A stretch of DNA of 51,505 bases from an uncultured Gammaproteobacteria bacterium (lineage in GTDB: Bacteria > Pseudomonadota > Gammaproteobacteria > SZUA-229): assembly GCA_937998645.1 (NCBI GenBank), contig CALLCZ010000021.1, positions 1-51,505 on the forward strand, read 5' to 3'. Position 1 is the stretch's first letter, and the number at the start of each line of letters is the position of its first letter. This document shows, piece after piece, positions 36,202 to 45,696 of this stretch. The position numbers and the translations under genes are program-made. Below the pieces are notes generated by a model. It was not told where the DNA came from, searched no databases, and saw only the letters and a list, made by a program, of their open reading frames with translations.

Positions 36202-36540
36202 AATCTCCTTCCTCAATTTAGTTCATTAACTCGTCACTGCGACGAAAAGAATCACTCCAAATGTAATATCCATGCAGATATTAAGTGTATTAGGATACTG
36301 CCACTACTTAGAAAACATTTTGATCTATATCAAGATATGGGAATAGTAAGTCCAGTCAGACGGGATTCGGGATTCTTTACAGATGTACGACAGACAGTTC
36401 GTTCAGGTTTGGATTCGGAAGTTGAACCAAAAATTACGTGCGTCCACTGTTGGTGAGTCAGGGCTCATCAGCTTTTAGTATATATTGTAACCTGCATATC
36501 AACCTGTCAGATCAAGTCTAAGCTATTACAATTTATATCT

Positions 36541-36564
36541 GTGTTTATCTGCGTTCATCTGTGG
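36541..36564. repeat. REP-like element, single copy (same family as 42116-42251)
   Basis: GTGTTTATCTGCGTTCATCTGTGG is the reverse complement of CCACAGATGAACGCAGATAAACAC. It matches 22 nt of the copy at 42116. It lies just past the argE stop. Confidence 0.7.
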
Positions 36565-36580
36565 ACGTCCTGGCTTAAGT

Positions 36581-37732
36581 TTACATGCAGAACTGTTTAA
36601 CAAGGTCCTGTATCAGTTTCACGGTCGGCTTGATTTGCTCCAGTGCAAGATACTCATCCGGTTGGTGCGCCTGGTTGATCGAGCCAGGGCCAAGCACAAC
36701 CGAGTCCATGCCCAGCTTGTTATAGAACGGCGCTTCTGTTGAAAAAGCCACGGCTTCAGAAGACGCGCCAGTGAGTTTTTCTACGGCTTTTACCAGGGCT
36801 GAATCTGCCGGTGTTTCGATCGCGGGTACGCCGTCAAACAGCGCCAGTGTTTCATAACTGATCATGGTACCGGCCAGGGTTGTCTGCAGTCGCTGGTTCA
36901 GCTCGTATCTCAGGTCGGCAAGCTTCATCCCCGGCAAGGGACGAATATCGATCTGCAGTTCGCAATGACCGCAGATTCTGTTTGGGTTATCGCCACCATG
37001 TATGTGGCCGAGGTTCATCGTCGGCACCGGGATTTCAAACAGCGGGTTGCTATTCGACTGTTGCAGCTCATCGCGCCATTTCAACAGTTCGGTCATGACC
37101 CTGTGCATGGCTTCAAGCGCACTGTACCCCAGCGCCGGGTTACTGGAATGACCTGACAATCCGGTGAGCTTGATCGCTTCCATCATCATGCCTTTGTGCA
37201 TGCGTACCGGCTTCAAACCGGTTGGTTCGCCAATGAGCGCAAAACGTGCACCTGGCAAATGACCGGCATTAAGTGCCCTGGCCCCGCTCATGCTGGTCTC
37301 TTCATCGGCAGTCGCCAGAATGATCAATGGTTGCTGCAGACTGGACAGGTCAAGGTCACGAATGGCTTCGATGATCAGCGCAAAAAAGGATTTCATGTCA
37401 GCTGTGCCGAGCCCGTAGAGCCGGCCGTTCGCCTCTGTAAGCCTGAAAGGGTCGGAGTTCCAGCGGTTTTCATCGTAGGGGACGGTGTCGGTGTGTCCTG
37501 CCAGTACCAGGCCGTTGCTGCCTTTGCCGATAGTGGCGATCAGGTTGGCCTTGCTGCCATCGGTATTTAGCGGCTGGATGTCTGTTCTAAAGCCCAGGTC
37601 CTCCAGCCAGCTGGCCAGTGTGTTAATGACGTTGCGATTGCCCTGGTCGAGTGCAGGGTTGGTGCAGCTGATCGATGGCAGAGCAATCAGCTGCTGCATG
37701 AGTTCTTCAAGTTTCGGTGCTTTGATCATCAT
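36581..37732 (-). CDS. argE: Acetylornithine deacetylase
   Basis: M20 peptidase family. ArgE-like N-terminus LMQQLIALPSIS, plus LAGHTDTVP and TADEE. Confidence 0.85.
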   Translation of the reverse strand: MMIKAPKLEELMQQLIALPSISCTNPALDQGNRNVINTLASWLEDLGFRTDIQPLNTDGSKANLIATIGKGSNGLVLAGHTDTVPYDENRWNSDPFRLTEANGRLYGLGTADMKSFFALIIEAIRDLDLSSLQQPLIILATADEETSMSGARALNAGHLPGARFALIGEPTGLKPVRMHKGMMMEAIKLTGLSGHSSNPALGYSALEAMHRVMTELLKWRDELQQSNSNPLFEIPVPTMNLGHIHGGDNPNRICGHCELQIDIRPLPGMKLADLRYELNQRLQTTLAGTMISYETLALFDGVPAIETPADSALVKAVEKLTGASSEAVAFSTEAPFYNKLGMDSVVLGPGSINQAHQPDEYLALEQIKPTVKLIQDLVKQFCM

Positions 37733-37859
37733 AAAGTCAGGTTATACATAACAGCTTACATTAGGCAAGACTTCTATTTGACAGCTAGTTTCGTGTCCAT
37801 TGGTCGAGATCAGTTACAATTGTGCCCAATCGTTCCATGCTGTGCATTGAAACAATAAC

Positions 37860-37883
37860 GACCAAAGACCAAAGACCAAAGAC
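37860..37883 (+). repeat. Tandem heptamer (GACCAAA)x3 plus GAC immediately upstream of the glnE start
   Basis: Read directly: gaccaaagaccaaagaccaaagac, then ttacgATG (ATG at 37889). Confidence 0.8.
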
Positions 37884-37888
37884 TTACG

Positions 37889-40804
37889 ATGAGCTCTACA
37901 CCTGAACAGCTGCTGTCCAATGTTCCTGAATCCCTGCAACAGACTGTCGCCAACTACTGGCTGGACTGGTCCGCGGCCTGTGAAAAAGCCGAACTCAGTC
38001 CGCAAGTCGAACTGTCAGTCATGGGGATGATCTGGGCCTGCAGCGAGTTTGTTGCGCGCCAGTGTATCCGCAGACCCGGGATGGTAGACGAGCTTGTCAC
38101 CGAGGGGCTTGAAGCAGGGCGCTCAGCTGAAGATTACCAGCAGCTCGTTGCACAGGCCATTGACGCTGCGGAGCCGACAGATGAAGGTCTGATGAAGGCC
38201 CTGCGATTGATGCGGCAAAAGGAGATGGTGCGTATCGCCTGGCGGGATCTGGCAGGTTTCGCCGAGGTGGAGCCAGTGTTGCATGAGCTGAGTGATTTTG
38301 CCGAGGCCATGATCGTACAGACGCTGAACCACCTCTATCAGCAGACCACGGAAGTTCTCGGGATACCCACCAGTGCCGAGGGCGAGGCGCAGCAGATGAT
38401 GGTGCTGGCTATGGGCAAGCTCGGTGGGCGCGAGCTGAATTTTTCATCGGATATCGACCTGATTTTTGCTTATGCGGAACAGGGTAGCACCGAAGGTGGC
38501 AGGCATTTATCCAACCACGAGTTTTTCGTGCGCCTGGCCGGGAAACTGGTACGGCTGCTGGATGAAATAACGCAGGATGGTTTCGTGTTCCGTGTCGATA
38601 CGCGCTTGCGGCCCAATGGTGACAGCGGGCCACTGGCGATGAATTTCAATGCGATGGAGCAGTACTATCAATTGCAGGGCCGCGACTGGGAGCGTTACGC
38701 GATGATCAAGGCAAAGATCCTCGGTGGTAAGGAAGCTGACCGAAAATACCTGGCGTCGATGCTGCGGCCGTTCACATACCGGCGCTATCTCGATTTTGGC
38801 GCCTTTGAATCCATACGCGAAATGAAGGGCATGATCGAGGCCGAGGTCCGCCGCAAGAGCATGAAAGATAACATCAAGCTCGGCAGTGGCGGCATCCGCG
38901 AAATCGAATTTATCGGCCAGACATTCCAGCTGATACGTGGCGGCCCGATGCCGGAACTGCAGCTGCGAAGTATAATGAAAGTGCTGTCCTTGCTGGCCGA
39001 ATTTGGCTACCTTGGGCAGGAAGAGGCGGAAGAACTCAGGCAAAGTTATCTGTTCCTGCGCAAACTGGAAAACCGCCTGCAGATGGAGCGTGATCAACAA
39101 ACACAGACACTGCCACGTGACCAGCTGTCAAGAGAGCGCATCAGACTGGCGATGGGGTTTGATGACTGGAGCAGCCTGATTCAGGTTCTGGAGCAGCATC
39201 GCCAGGCGGTTTCCAGGGTGTTTGACTCGGTGATTTCTTCCGACGAAGAGGCTGATACAGGCTCCATTCATTCGCTGCAACTGTTCTGGGACGATGCCGG
39301 CAACAATGAAGGCCTTGGTCACTGGATGGCTGAGTCCGGTTGCGAAAATGTCGAGGAAATTATCGATGTGCTTGCCCGCTTCAGAAATTCCGCCAGGATA
39401 CGCACGCTGAATGCAGAAGGTACCCGGCGCTTGCAGAAACTGCTGCTGGCCTTGATGAAACCTTTCGTGGCCTATAAAAATTCTGTGCTGCTGTTGAACA
39501 GGGTGCTGGAAATCCTGACGGCTATCGTCGGGCGTCCTGTTTATATCAGCCTGCTGCTGGAGTACCCCAGCGCGCAGCAGGAGATGCTTGAGCTGTGCGC
39601 TGCCAGCCAGTGGTTCACCCATGAGCTGGCTCGATACCCGATCCTGCTGGATGAACTGCTCGATTCCCAGGAGCTGTTCAGACAGAATGACCGCGAGCAG
39701 CTGACGACCGAGCTTGAGCGGCTGATGTCACAGGTTGATGAAGATGACCTGGAGCAGCAAATGGAACGCCTGCGCCAGTTCAGGCGTACGGAGATTTTCA
39801 AACTGGCGGCAACGGATGTCATTCATATACATGAGATATGGGATGTCGGTGCCAAGCTGAGCACGATTGCAGACGTGGTGCTGGAGAAAGTATTCCAGCT
39901 GTCATGGGATGCCGTGTGCAAACGACACGGCATACCGGTGTGCTACATCGACGAAGAGGAATATCATCCGGGAATGTCGATTATTGCCTATGGCAAGCTG
40001 GGTGGCCTGGAAATGGGTTATGGCTCGGACCTGGATATCGTGTTTTTACACGACAGTTCAGGCCAGAAGCAGTATACCAACGGCGAAAAAAGCATCGACA
40101 ATAGCCAGTTTTTCAGTCGTGTGGCACAAAAAGTCCTCCATATCCTGGGCACACGCACCCATTCAGGCATACTCTACGAGGCGGACACCCGGCTGCGGCC
40201 CGACGGGCGCGCTGGCATGATGGTGAGCAGTGTCACTGCTTTTGAGGATTACCAGAACAAAAAGGCCTGGACCTGGGAGCACCAGGCGCTACTGCGAACA
40301 CGAACTATCGCCGGAAGCAAGCCAGTCAGGCAGGAGTTTGCTAGAATCCGTCAGTCTGTTCTTGCGGTACCGCGTGATACGGCAAAAGTTTGTGCCGATG
40401 TGGTCGAGATGCGTGAAAAAATGCGCACGCACCTGGCCAGTCGTGATGAAGCCAGCATCAACTTCAAGCAGGATCCTGGCGGAATGGTCGATATCGAGTT
40501 CACCACCCAGGCCGGTATGCTGCTGAACCTGGCCGAGCATCCCGAGATGCTCAGTGTGAATTCGACACTGGAATTCATCGAGTACCTTGCCGCTGTGGGC
40601 TGGTACAGCAGCGATGAGGCAGATGACCTTGCGACTGCATACAAACTGTTTCGGCAACAGACGAACAGGCAGGCGCTGGAAGTTGAACTGCCTGCAGATA
40701 TTAAGCAGGTACTGCAGCCGCATCTCGCCCGGGTGACAGAAATCTGGAACCGGCTGGTTGTTGCCAGGGCAGTACCAGAAACGGAACCGGAACGTTCCCC
40801 CTGA
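37889..40804 (+). CDS. glnE: Bifunctional glutamine synthetase adenylyltransferase / adenylyl-removing enzyme
   Basis: 971 aa with two nucleotidyltransferase halves (GKLGGRELNFSSDIDLIF and GKLGGLEMGYGSDLDIVF). Confidence 0.95.
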   Translation: MSSTPEQLLSNVPESLQQTVANYWLDWSAACEKAELSPQVELSVMGMIWACSEFVARQCIRRPGMVDELVTEGLEAGRSAEDYQQLVAQAIDAAEPTDEGLMKALRLMRQKEMVRIAWRDLAGFAEVEPVLHELSDFAEAMIVQTLNHLYQQTTEVLGIPTSAEGEAQQMMVLAMGKLGGRELNFSSDIDLIFAYAEQGSTEGGRHLSNHEFFVRLAGKLVRLLDEITQDGFVFRVDTRLRPNGDSGPLAMNFNAMEQYYQLQGRDWERYAMIKAKILGGKEADRKYLASMLRPFTYRRYLDFGAFESIREMKGMIEAEVRRKSMKDNIKLGSGGIREIEFIGQTFQLIRGGPMPELQLRSIMKVLSLLAEFGYLGQEEAEELRQSYLFLRKLENRLQMERDQQTQTLPRDQLSRERIRLAMGFDDWSSLIQVLEQHRQAVSRVFDSVISSDEEADTGSIHSLQLFWDDAGNNEGLGHWMAESGCENVEEIIDVLARFRNSARIRTLNAEGTRRLQKLLLALMKPFVAYKNSVLLLNRVLEILTAIVGRPVYISLLLEYPSAQQEMLELCAASQWFTHELARYPILLDELLDSQELFRQNDREQLTTELERLMSQVDEDDLEQQMERLRQFRRTEIFKLAATDVIHIHEIWDVGAKLSTIADVVLEKVFQLSWDAVCKRHGIPVCYIDEEEYHPGMSIIAYGKLGGLEMGYGSDLDIVFLHDSSGQKQYTNGEKSIDNSQFFSRVAQKVLHILGTRTHSGILYEADTRLRPDGRAGMMVSSVTAFEDYQNKKAWTWEHQALLRTRTIAGSKPVRQEFARIRQSVLAVPRDTAKVCADVVEMREKMRTHLASRDEASINFKQDPGGMVDIEFTTQAGMLLNLAEHPEMLSVNSTLEFIEYLAAVGWYSSDEADDLATAYKLFRQQTNRQALEVELPADIKQVLQPHLARVTEIWNRLVVARAVPETEPERSP

Positions 40805-40941
40805 GCCTGTCGAAGGGAGCACTTTCGACAGAGCCAGGTATGCCGAAGGGCGCAGATATATTTTGATTTTTTATGTGTTATTCATGTGCGAGCCATTATT
40901 ATAGGGCGCTATGAACAACACGCAGTTAACTGGAGATTGAT

Positions 40942-41871
40942 ATGCAAACCATGGCCGATCATGATGGCGTAATCTGGTTTGATGGTGAAATGGTGCCATG
41001 GCGCGAAGCCAAGGTCCATGTGCTGACGCACACGCTGCATTATGGCATGGGTGTGTTCGAAGGCGTGCGCGCCTACAAGGCGGAGCAGGGTACTGCTATT
41101 TTCCGTCTGCAGGCACACACCGACCGCCTGTTCGACTCGGCCCAGATCATGATGATGGATATGCCGTTCGATAAAGCCACTATCAATGAAGCGCAGCGTG
41201 CCGCTGTTCGTGAGAACAATCTTGAAACCGCCTATATCAGGCCCATGTGTTTTTATGGCTCTGAAGGCATGGGACTGCGCGCGGACAATCTCAGGACTCA
41301 TGTCATGGTTGCAGCCTGGGAATGGGGCGCCTACCTTGGCCAGGAAAACCTGGAGCGCGGCATTCGTATCAAGACATCCAGCTTTACCCGTCATCACGTC
41401 AACATCAGCATGTGCAAGGACAAGGCGAACGGACACTACATCAATTCCATGCTGGCGCTGAACGAGGCATTAACCGATGGTTATGACGAGGCCATGCTGC
41501 TCGATGCCGAAGGATACGTCGCGGAAGGCAGCGGCGAAAATATTTTTGTTGTCCGCGATAACATTATCTATACGCCCGACCTGACATCGGCGTTGAACGG
41601 CATTACACGTAACACGATCTTCAAACTGGCATCTGATGCCGGCTACGAGGTGCGTGAAAAACGCATCACGCGTGATGAGGTTTATATCGCCGACGAAGTT
41701 TTCTTTACCGGAACCGCTGCAGAAGTAACGCCGGTGCGAGAGGTTGATAACCGCACAATTGGTAACGGTGGCCGTGGGCATATCACGGAAATACTGCAGA
41801 CAATGTATTTTGATGTCGTTCATGGTCGTCTGGAGAGGCATCCGGAATGGCTGACACTGGTCAATGACTAA
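40942..41871 (+). CDS. ilvE: Branched-chain amino acid aminotransferase
   Basis: Class IV aminotransferase sequence (IWFDGEMVPW.EAKVHVLTH.LHYG..VFEG.RAY). GGAG lies upstream of the ATG. Confidence 0.93.
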   Translation: MQTMADHDGVIWFDGEMVPWREAKVHVLTHTLHYGMGVFEGVRAYKAEQGTAIFRLQAHTDRLFDSAQIMMMDMPFDKATINEAQRAAVRENNLETAYIRPMCFYGSEGMGLRADNLRTHVMVAAWEWGAYLGQENLERGIRIKTSSFTRHHVNISMCKDKANGHYINSMLALNEALTDGYDEAMLLDAEGYVAEGSGENIFVVRDNIIYTPDLTSALNGITRNTIFKLASDAGYEVREKRITRDEVYIADEVFFTGTAAEVTPVREVDNRTIGNGGRGHITEILQTMYFDVVHGRLERHPEWLTLVND

Positions 41872-41891
41872 TACGTATCAGGGGAATCATA

Positions 41892-42101
41892 ATGCCTAAT
41901 CCGCACACAGCAACACAACCAGGCCTGGATACGCCCAACAAGCAAACACGCTATGAAGTGACGCGCGATGATTTGCCTGTGCACTGTCCAATGCCGGGCG
42001 CCAGCCTGTGGAATTCACACCCGCAGGTCTATATACCCGTAGAAGATCACGGTTCGGCGAAATGCCCTTACTGCGGTGCCGAATACGTGCTCAAGGATTA
42101 A
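41892..42101 (+). CDS. Small zinc-finger (zf-CHCC type) protein
   Basis: 69 aa, with VHCP ... CPYCG forming a Cys/His cluster. It occupies the conserved position between ilvE and hldE. Confidence 0.7.
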   Translation: MPNPHTATQPGLDTPNKQTRYEVTRDDLPVHCPMPGASLWNSHPQVYIPVEDHGSAKCPYCGAEYVLKD

Positions 42102-42115
42102 ATATTTTTAATGAT

Positions 42116-42251
42116 CCACAGATGAACGCAGATAAACGCAGATATTTAGTGCGGGCAATGTCCGCCCTGCAGTGTTATTTCGTTTCAGGGTATATAAATG
42201 AATCTCTTATTATTTAAAGCATCATCCGTGTTCATCTGCGTTCATCTGTGG
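42116..42251. repeat. Inverted pair of REP-like elements enclosing about 80 nt
   Basis: The left arm is CCACAGATGAACGCAGATAAACGCAGAT (42116-42143). The right arm (42224-42251) reverse-complements to CCACAGATGAACGCAGATGAACACGGAT. The first 18 nt are identical. Confidence 0.75.
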
Positions 42252-42307
42252 ACAGTTATTATTATATCTGCAGATAGAGCACGGCCTCTGCAGCTGGGCT
42301 GATATCA

Positions 42308-43735
42308 ATGCACATAAATATCCCGGATTTTTCCAAGGCACGCGTGCTGGTTGTCGGTGATCTAATGCTGGATCGCTACTGGCATGGTCCAACTTCGCGC
42401 ATTTCCCCCGAAGCGCCGGTCCCCGTGGTTCACGTGCGTGATATTGAAGAACGCCCCGGGGGGGCGGGCAACGTTGCACTCAATATCGCCATGCTGGGTA
42501 CGCAATCCACGGTGCTGGGATTGACCGGCGATGATGATGCGGCCAATGCGCTGGAAAAAAATCTGCATGCTGTTGGTGTCAACACCCGTTTTATTCGCCT
42601 CGATGAAAACGCTACCGTAACCAAGCTGCGAGTAATCAGCCGGCACCAGCAGTTAATCAGGCTGGATTTTGAAGATGGTTTTATTGGCCAGGACATATCA
42701 GGACAGGAAGCCGAGTTTGCGAAACTGCTCGATCAGCACGATGTCGTCGTCTGTTCAGATTATGGCAAGGGCGCGCTGCGTAATGTGCAATCGCTGATCG
42801 CCCTGTGCAGAGAGAAACAAATCCCGGTGTTGATTGATCCCAAGGGGACTGATTTTGACAGGTATTCCGGCGCGAACCTGGTAACGCCCAACCTGTCCGA
42901 GTTCGAAGCCGTCGTCGGGGCCTGTGAAGATGAAGCCGAGCTGGTTGAGAAAGGGCAGCAACTGTGTGTGCAATGCAGTTTTGACGCATTGCTGGTTACG
43001 CGCAGTGAGCACGGCATGACATTAATCCAGAAAGATGGCGAGGTGTTTCATCTGCCCACGCGTGCGCGTGAAGTGTTTGATGTTACCGGTGCGGGTGATA
43101 CCGTCATATCCACGCTGTCTGCTGCGCTTGCAGCCGGCGATGACATGCATAACGCAGTCGCACTGGCTAACCTGGCGGCAGGTATTGTTGTTGGCAAGCT
43201 GGGCACTGCCAGTGTGTCGCCGGAAGAGCTGTACCAGGAAGCTCACAGGCACGTCGCAGTCAAGCGTGGTGTCGTCAGCCAGGATGAGTTGAAAACAGCA
43301 GCCAGTCAATGCCGTCAACGCGGTGAAGTCATTGTCATGACCAATGGCTGTTTCGATATTCTGCACGCAGGGCATGTGACCTATTTGCAGCAGGCGCGAG
43401 ATCAGGGTGATCGCCTGGTTGTCGCGGTTAATGTTGACGAAACCGTGCGCAAGCTGAAGGGTGAAGACCGTCCGGTCAATCCGCTCGAACATCGCATGCG
43501 TATGCTGGCGGCACTCGAATGTGTCGACTGGGTGCTGCCATTTGAAGAAGAAACACCGAAGCGACTGATTTGTGATGTTTTGCCGGATATTCTGGTAAAG
43601 GGCGGCGATAACGATCCGGACAAGATACCCGGTGGAGATTGTGTCCGTGAGAACGGTGGTGAAGTCCGAGTACTGTCCTATGTTGAAGGTGTCTCGACAA
43701 CTGAAATAATAGGCACCATACGCGGGAGAACCTAG
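42308..43735 (+). CDS. hldE: Bifunctional D-beta-D-heptose 7-phosphate kinase / heptose 1-phosphate adenylyltransferase
   Basis: N-terminal ribokinase-like domain (VLVVGD.MLDRYW.G...[20 protein letters not shown]). C-terminal cytidylyltransferase domain ([12 protein letters not shown]). Confidence 0.95.
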   Translation: MHINIPDFSKARVLVVGDLMLDRYWHGPTSRISPEAPVPVVHVRDIEERPGGAGNVALNIAMLGTQSTVLGLTGDDDAANALEKNLHAVGVNTRFIRLDENATVTKLRVISRHQQLIRLDFEDGFIGQDISGQEAEFAKLLDQHDVVVCSDYGKGALRNVQSLIALCREKQIPVLIDPKGTDFDRYSGANLVTPNLSEFEAVVGACEDEAELVEKGQQLCVQCSFDALLVTRSEHGMTLIQKDGEVFHLPTRAREVFDVTGAGDTVISTLSAALAAGDDMHNAVALANLAAGIVVGKLGTASVSPEELYQEAHRHVAVKRGVVSQDELKTAASQCRQRGEVIVMTNGCFDILHAGHVTYLQQARDQGDRLVVAVNVDETVRKLKGEDRPVNPLEHRMRMLAALECVDWVLPFEEETPKRLICDVLPDILVKGGDNDPDKIPGGDCVRENGGEVRVLSYVEGVSTTEIIGTIRGRT

Positions 43736-43740
43736 CAGCT

Positions 43741-44925
43741 ATGGCAGACATCCCCATGAGGGTCGATGTTGATGCAGTTATCGTTGGTGGCGGTATCGCA
43801 GGGATGTGGACACTGGCGCGCCTGCGCGCTGAGGGATACAACGCCATCTTGCTCGAAGATGAAGCGCTCGGTGCCGGGCAAACCCGTTATGCACAGGGCA
43901 TCATACACGGTGGCACCAAGTACGCGCTTACCGGCAAGCTCACCGCATCATCTGAAGCCGTATCAAATATGCCGTCGATCTGGCGCGCCTGTCATGCAGG
44001 TAATGGCGAACTCGATCTGAGCGATGCTGTGATGATATCCGATGCGCACTACCTGTGGTCGACAGCAAATCTGGCGTCAAAAATTACCGGCTTCTTCGCG
44101 AGCCAGGTCATGCGCGCGCGCACCACGGCGTTAAAGCCTGAACAGCGCCCGGCAATTTTCCAGCACGAAAATTTCAGGGGCAGCATCTATCGCCTTGACG
44201 AGCCTGTTTTCGACACCATCAGTGTATTGCGCGCATTGGCCGCACCCGTGATGTCCTCGGTTGTTGCGATCAGGAAAGGCAGTATCCAGCTTCAGTCTTC
44301 AAAGCTGACTGTCGAAGCGGTGAACGGCGACGGCTACGAGATAGGATTCAGCAAGCTGATGCTGATGGCTGGGCCGGGTAACGAAGCGCTGCTGCGATCT
44401 GCAGATTTATCAGAACCGTCGATGCAGCTCCGGCCACTGAAGATGGTAATGATGCGCGGTGGTATCACTGAAAAAGTGTATGCGCATTGCATGGGAGCAG
44501 GCATCAATCCCCGCGTTACTATCACTTCGCACACGGATAATGATAATAATATTGTCTGGTACATGGGAGGGCAGCTCGCTGAAGACGGTGTTCGTCGCTC
44601 CGATGACGAACAAATCGCCCGGGCAAAGCAGGAGTTGACCACCTTGATTCCGTGGCAGAACCTGGATGCTGCGCAATGGGCAACACTGGACATTGATCGT
44701 GCCGAAGTCAGGCATGCCGATGGCCACAGGCCGGATACTTTCTACTTCGATCAACAGGGCGATATCATCACGGCATGGCCAACGAAACTGGCGCTTGCGC
44801 CATTGCTGGCACAGCAAATGCTTGAGCTTGCATCCACTATTGAGAAGACAGATGCAGCATTGCCTGCCTGGCCCTCACCGCCATTTGCGGACTTTCCCTG
44901 GTCCGAGGAATCCAGATGGAGCTGA
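43741..44925 (+). CDS. FAD-dependent oxidoreductase (DAO / glycerol-3-phosphate dehydrogenase-like)
   Basis: N-terminal dinucleotide fold VDAVIVGGGIAGMW, then ..GQTRYAQGIIHGG. Confidence 0.75.
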   Translation: MADIPMRVDVDAVIVGGGIAGMWTLARLRAEGYNAILLEDEALGAGQTRYAQGIIHGGTKYALTGKLTASSEAVSNMPSIWRACHAGNGELDLSDAVMISDAHYLWSTANLASKITGFFASQVMRARTTALKPEQRPAIFQHENFRGSIYRLDEPVFDTISVLRALAAPVMSSVVAIRKGSIQLQSSKLTVEAVNGDGYEIGFSKLMLMAGPGNEALLRSADLSEPSMQLRPLKMVMMRGGITEKVYAHCMGAGINPRVTITSHTDNDNNIVWYMGGQLAEDGVRRSDDEQIARAKQELTTLIPWQNLDAAQWATLDIDRAEVRHADGHRPDTFYFDQQGDIITAWPTKLALAPLLAQQMLELASTIEKTDAALPAWPSPPFADFPWSEESRWS

Positions 44926-45689
44926 GGCATTTAGGTTCGACCGGCATCGATGTCAGCCCGCTTGGCCTGGGAACTGTGAAGATCGGCCGCAACGAGCAGG
45001 TCAAGTACCCGCAGGGTTTCGAAATACCCGATGATCAGGCCGTCCGCCAACTGTTCGAGCTGGCGCGCGAGCTGGGTATCAATTTTATCGATACAGCACC
45101 GGCTTATGGTTCCAGTGAAGAACGTCTCGGGCAGTTGCTGCCGAATCGAAATGACTGGGTCATCATGACCAAGGTCGGAGAGATTTTCGAAAACGGTGAA
45201 TCACACTTTGATTTTTCAGCCGCTCATACGCGCCGCTCGGTTGAAAACAGTCTCAGCAAACTCAAGCGAGACCATGTTGATATCGTGCTGGTGCATTCCG
45301 ACGGTAATGATATGGATATCATCAACAACCGGGGCGCACTCGAAGAACTGCAGCGCTTAAAGCAGGAAGGCCTGATTCGTGCTTATGGCATGTCGACCAA
45401 GACCGTCGAGGGCGGTAGCTGGATTGTCGAGCATACCGATGTAGTGATGGCGACATACAACCTTGAAACCGATGTCGAGTTGCCGGTAATCGAGCGTGCG
45501 CGCGAACTAAACAAGGGTGTCGTCATTAAAAAGGGATTGCAGAGTGGTCATGCAGCGAGTGTCGAAGATGCATTCAGGCTAGTGCTGACACAGCCTGGTG
45601 TCAGCAGTATGATCGTGGGCACTATCAATGCCGATCATCTGCGTTCAAATGTTGATGCATGCAATCGCGTGATCAACAATATGGCTTGA
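44916..45689 (+). CDS. Aldo/keto reductase family protein
   Basis: GINFIDTAPAYG and other AKR-like sequence. 10-nt overlap with the upstream gene. Confidence 0.8.
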   Translation: MELRHLGSTGIDVSPLGLGTVKIGRNEQVKYPQGFEIPDDQAVRQLFELARELGINFIDTAPAYGSSEERLGQLLPNRNDWVIMTKVGEIFENGESHFDFSAAHTRRSVENSLSKLKRDHVDIVLVHSDGNDMDIINNRGALEELQRLKQEGLIRAYGMSTKTVEGGSWIVEHTDVVMATYNLETDVELPVIERARELNKGVVIKKGLQSGHAASVEDAFRLVLTQPGVSSMIVGTINADHLRSNVDACNRVINNMA

Positions 45690-45696
45690 GTGTTCA

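Noticed and set aside
36187-36456. 89-aa plus-strand ORF in the long gap upstream of the PEP-CTERM gene
   Set aside because: It overlaps the 5' end of the PEP-CTERM gene. It has no SD or motif, and the DNA is AT-rich non-coding-like.
38507-39622. 197-aa and 164-aa minus-strand ORFs inside glnE. Similar cases are 40909-41436 inside ilvE and 43022-43492 inside hldE.
   Set aside because: They are antisense to strongly recognisable housekeeping genes and have no motifs. Long shadow ORFs like these are typical of GC-richer coding DNA.
40807-40831. 8-bp stem (CTGTCGAA / TTCGACAG) just after the glnE stop
   Set aside because: It has a 9-nt loop and no U-tract, so I do not call it a terminator. It may be incidental.
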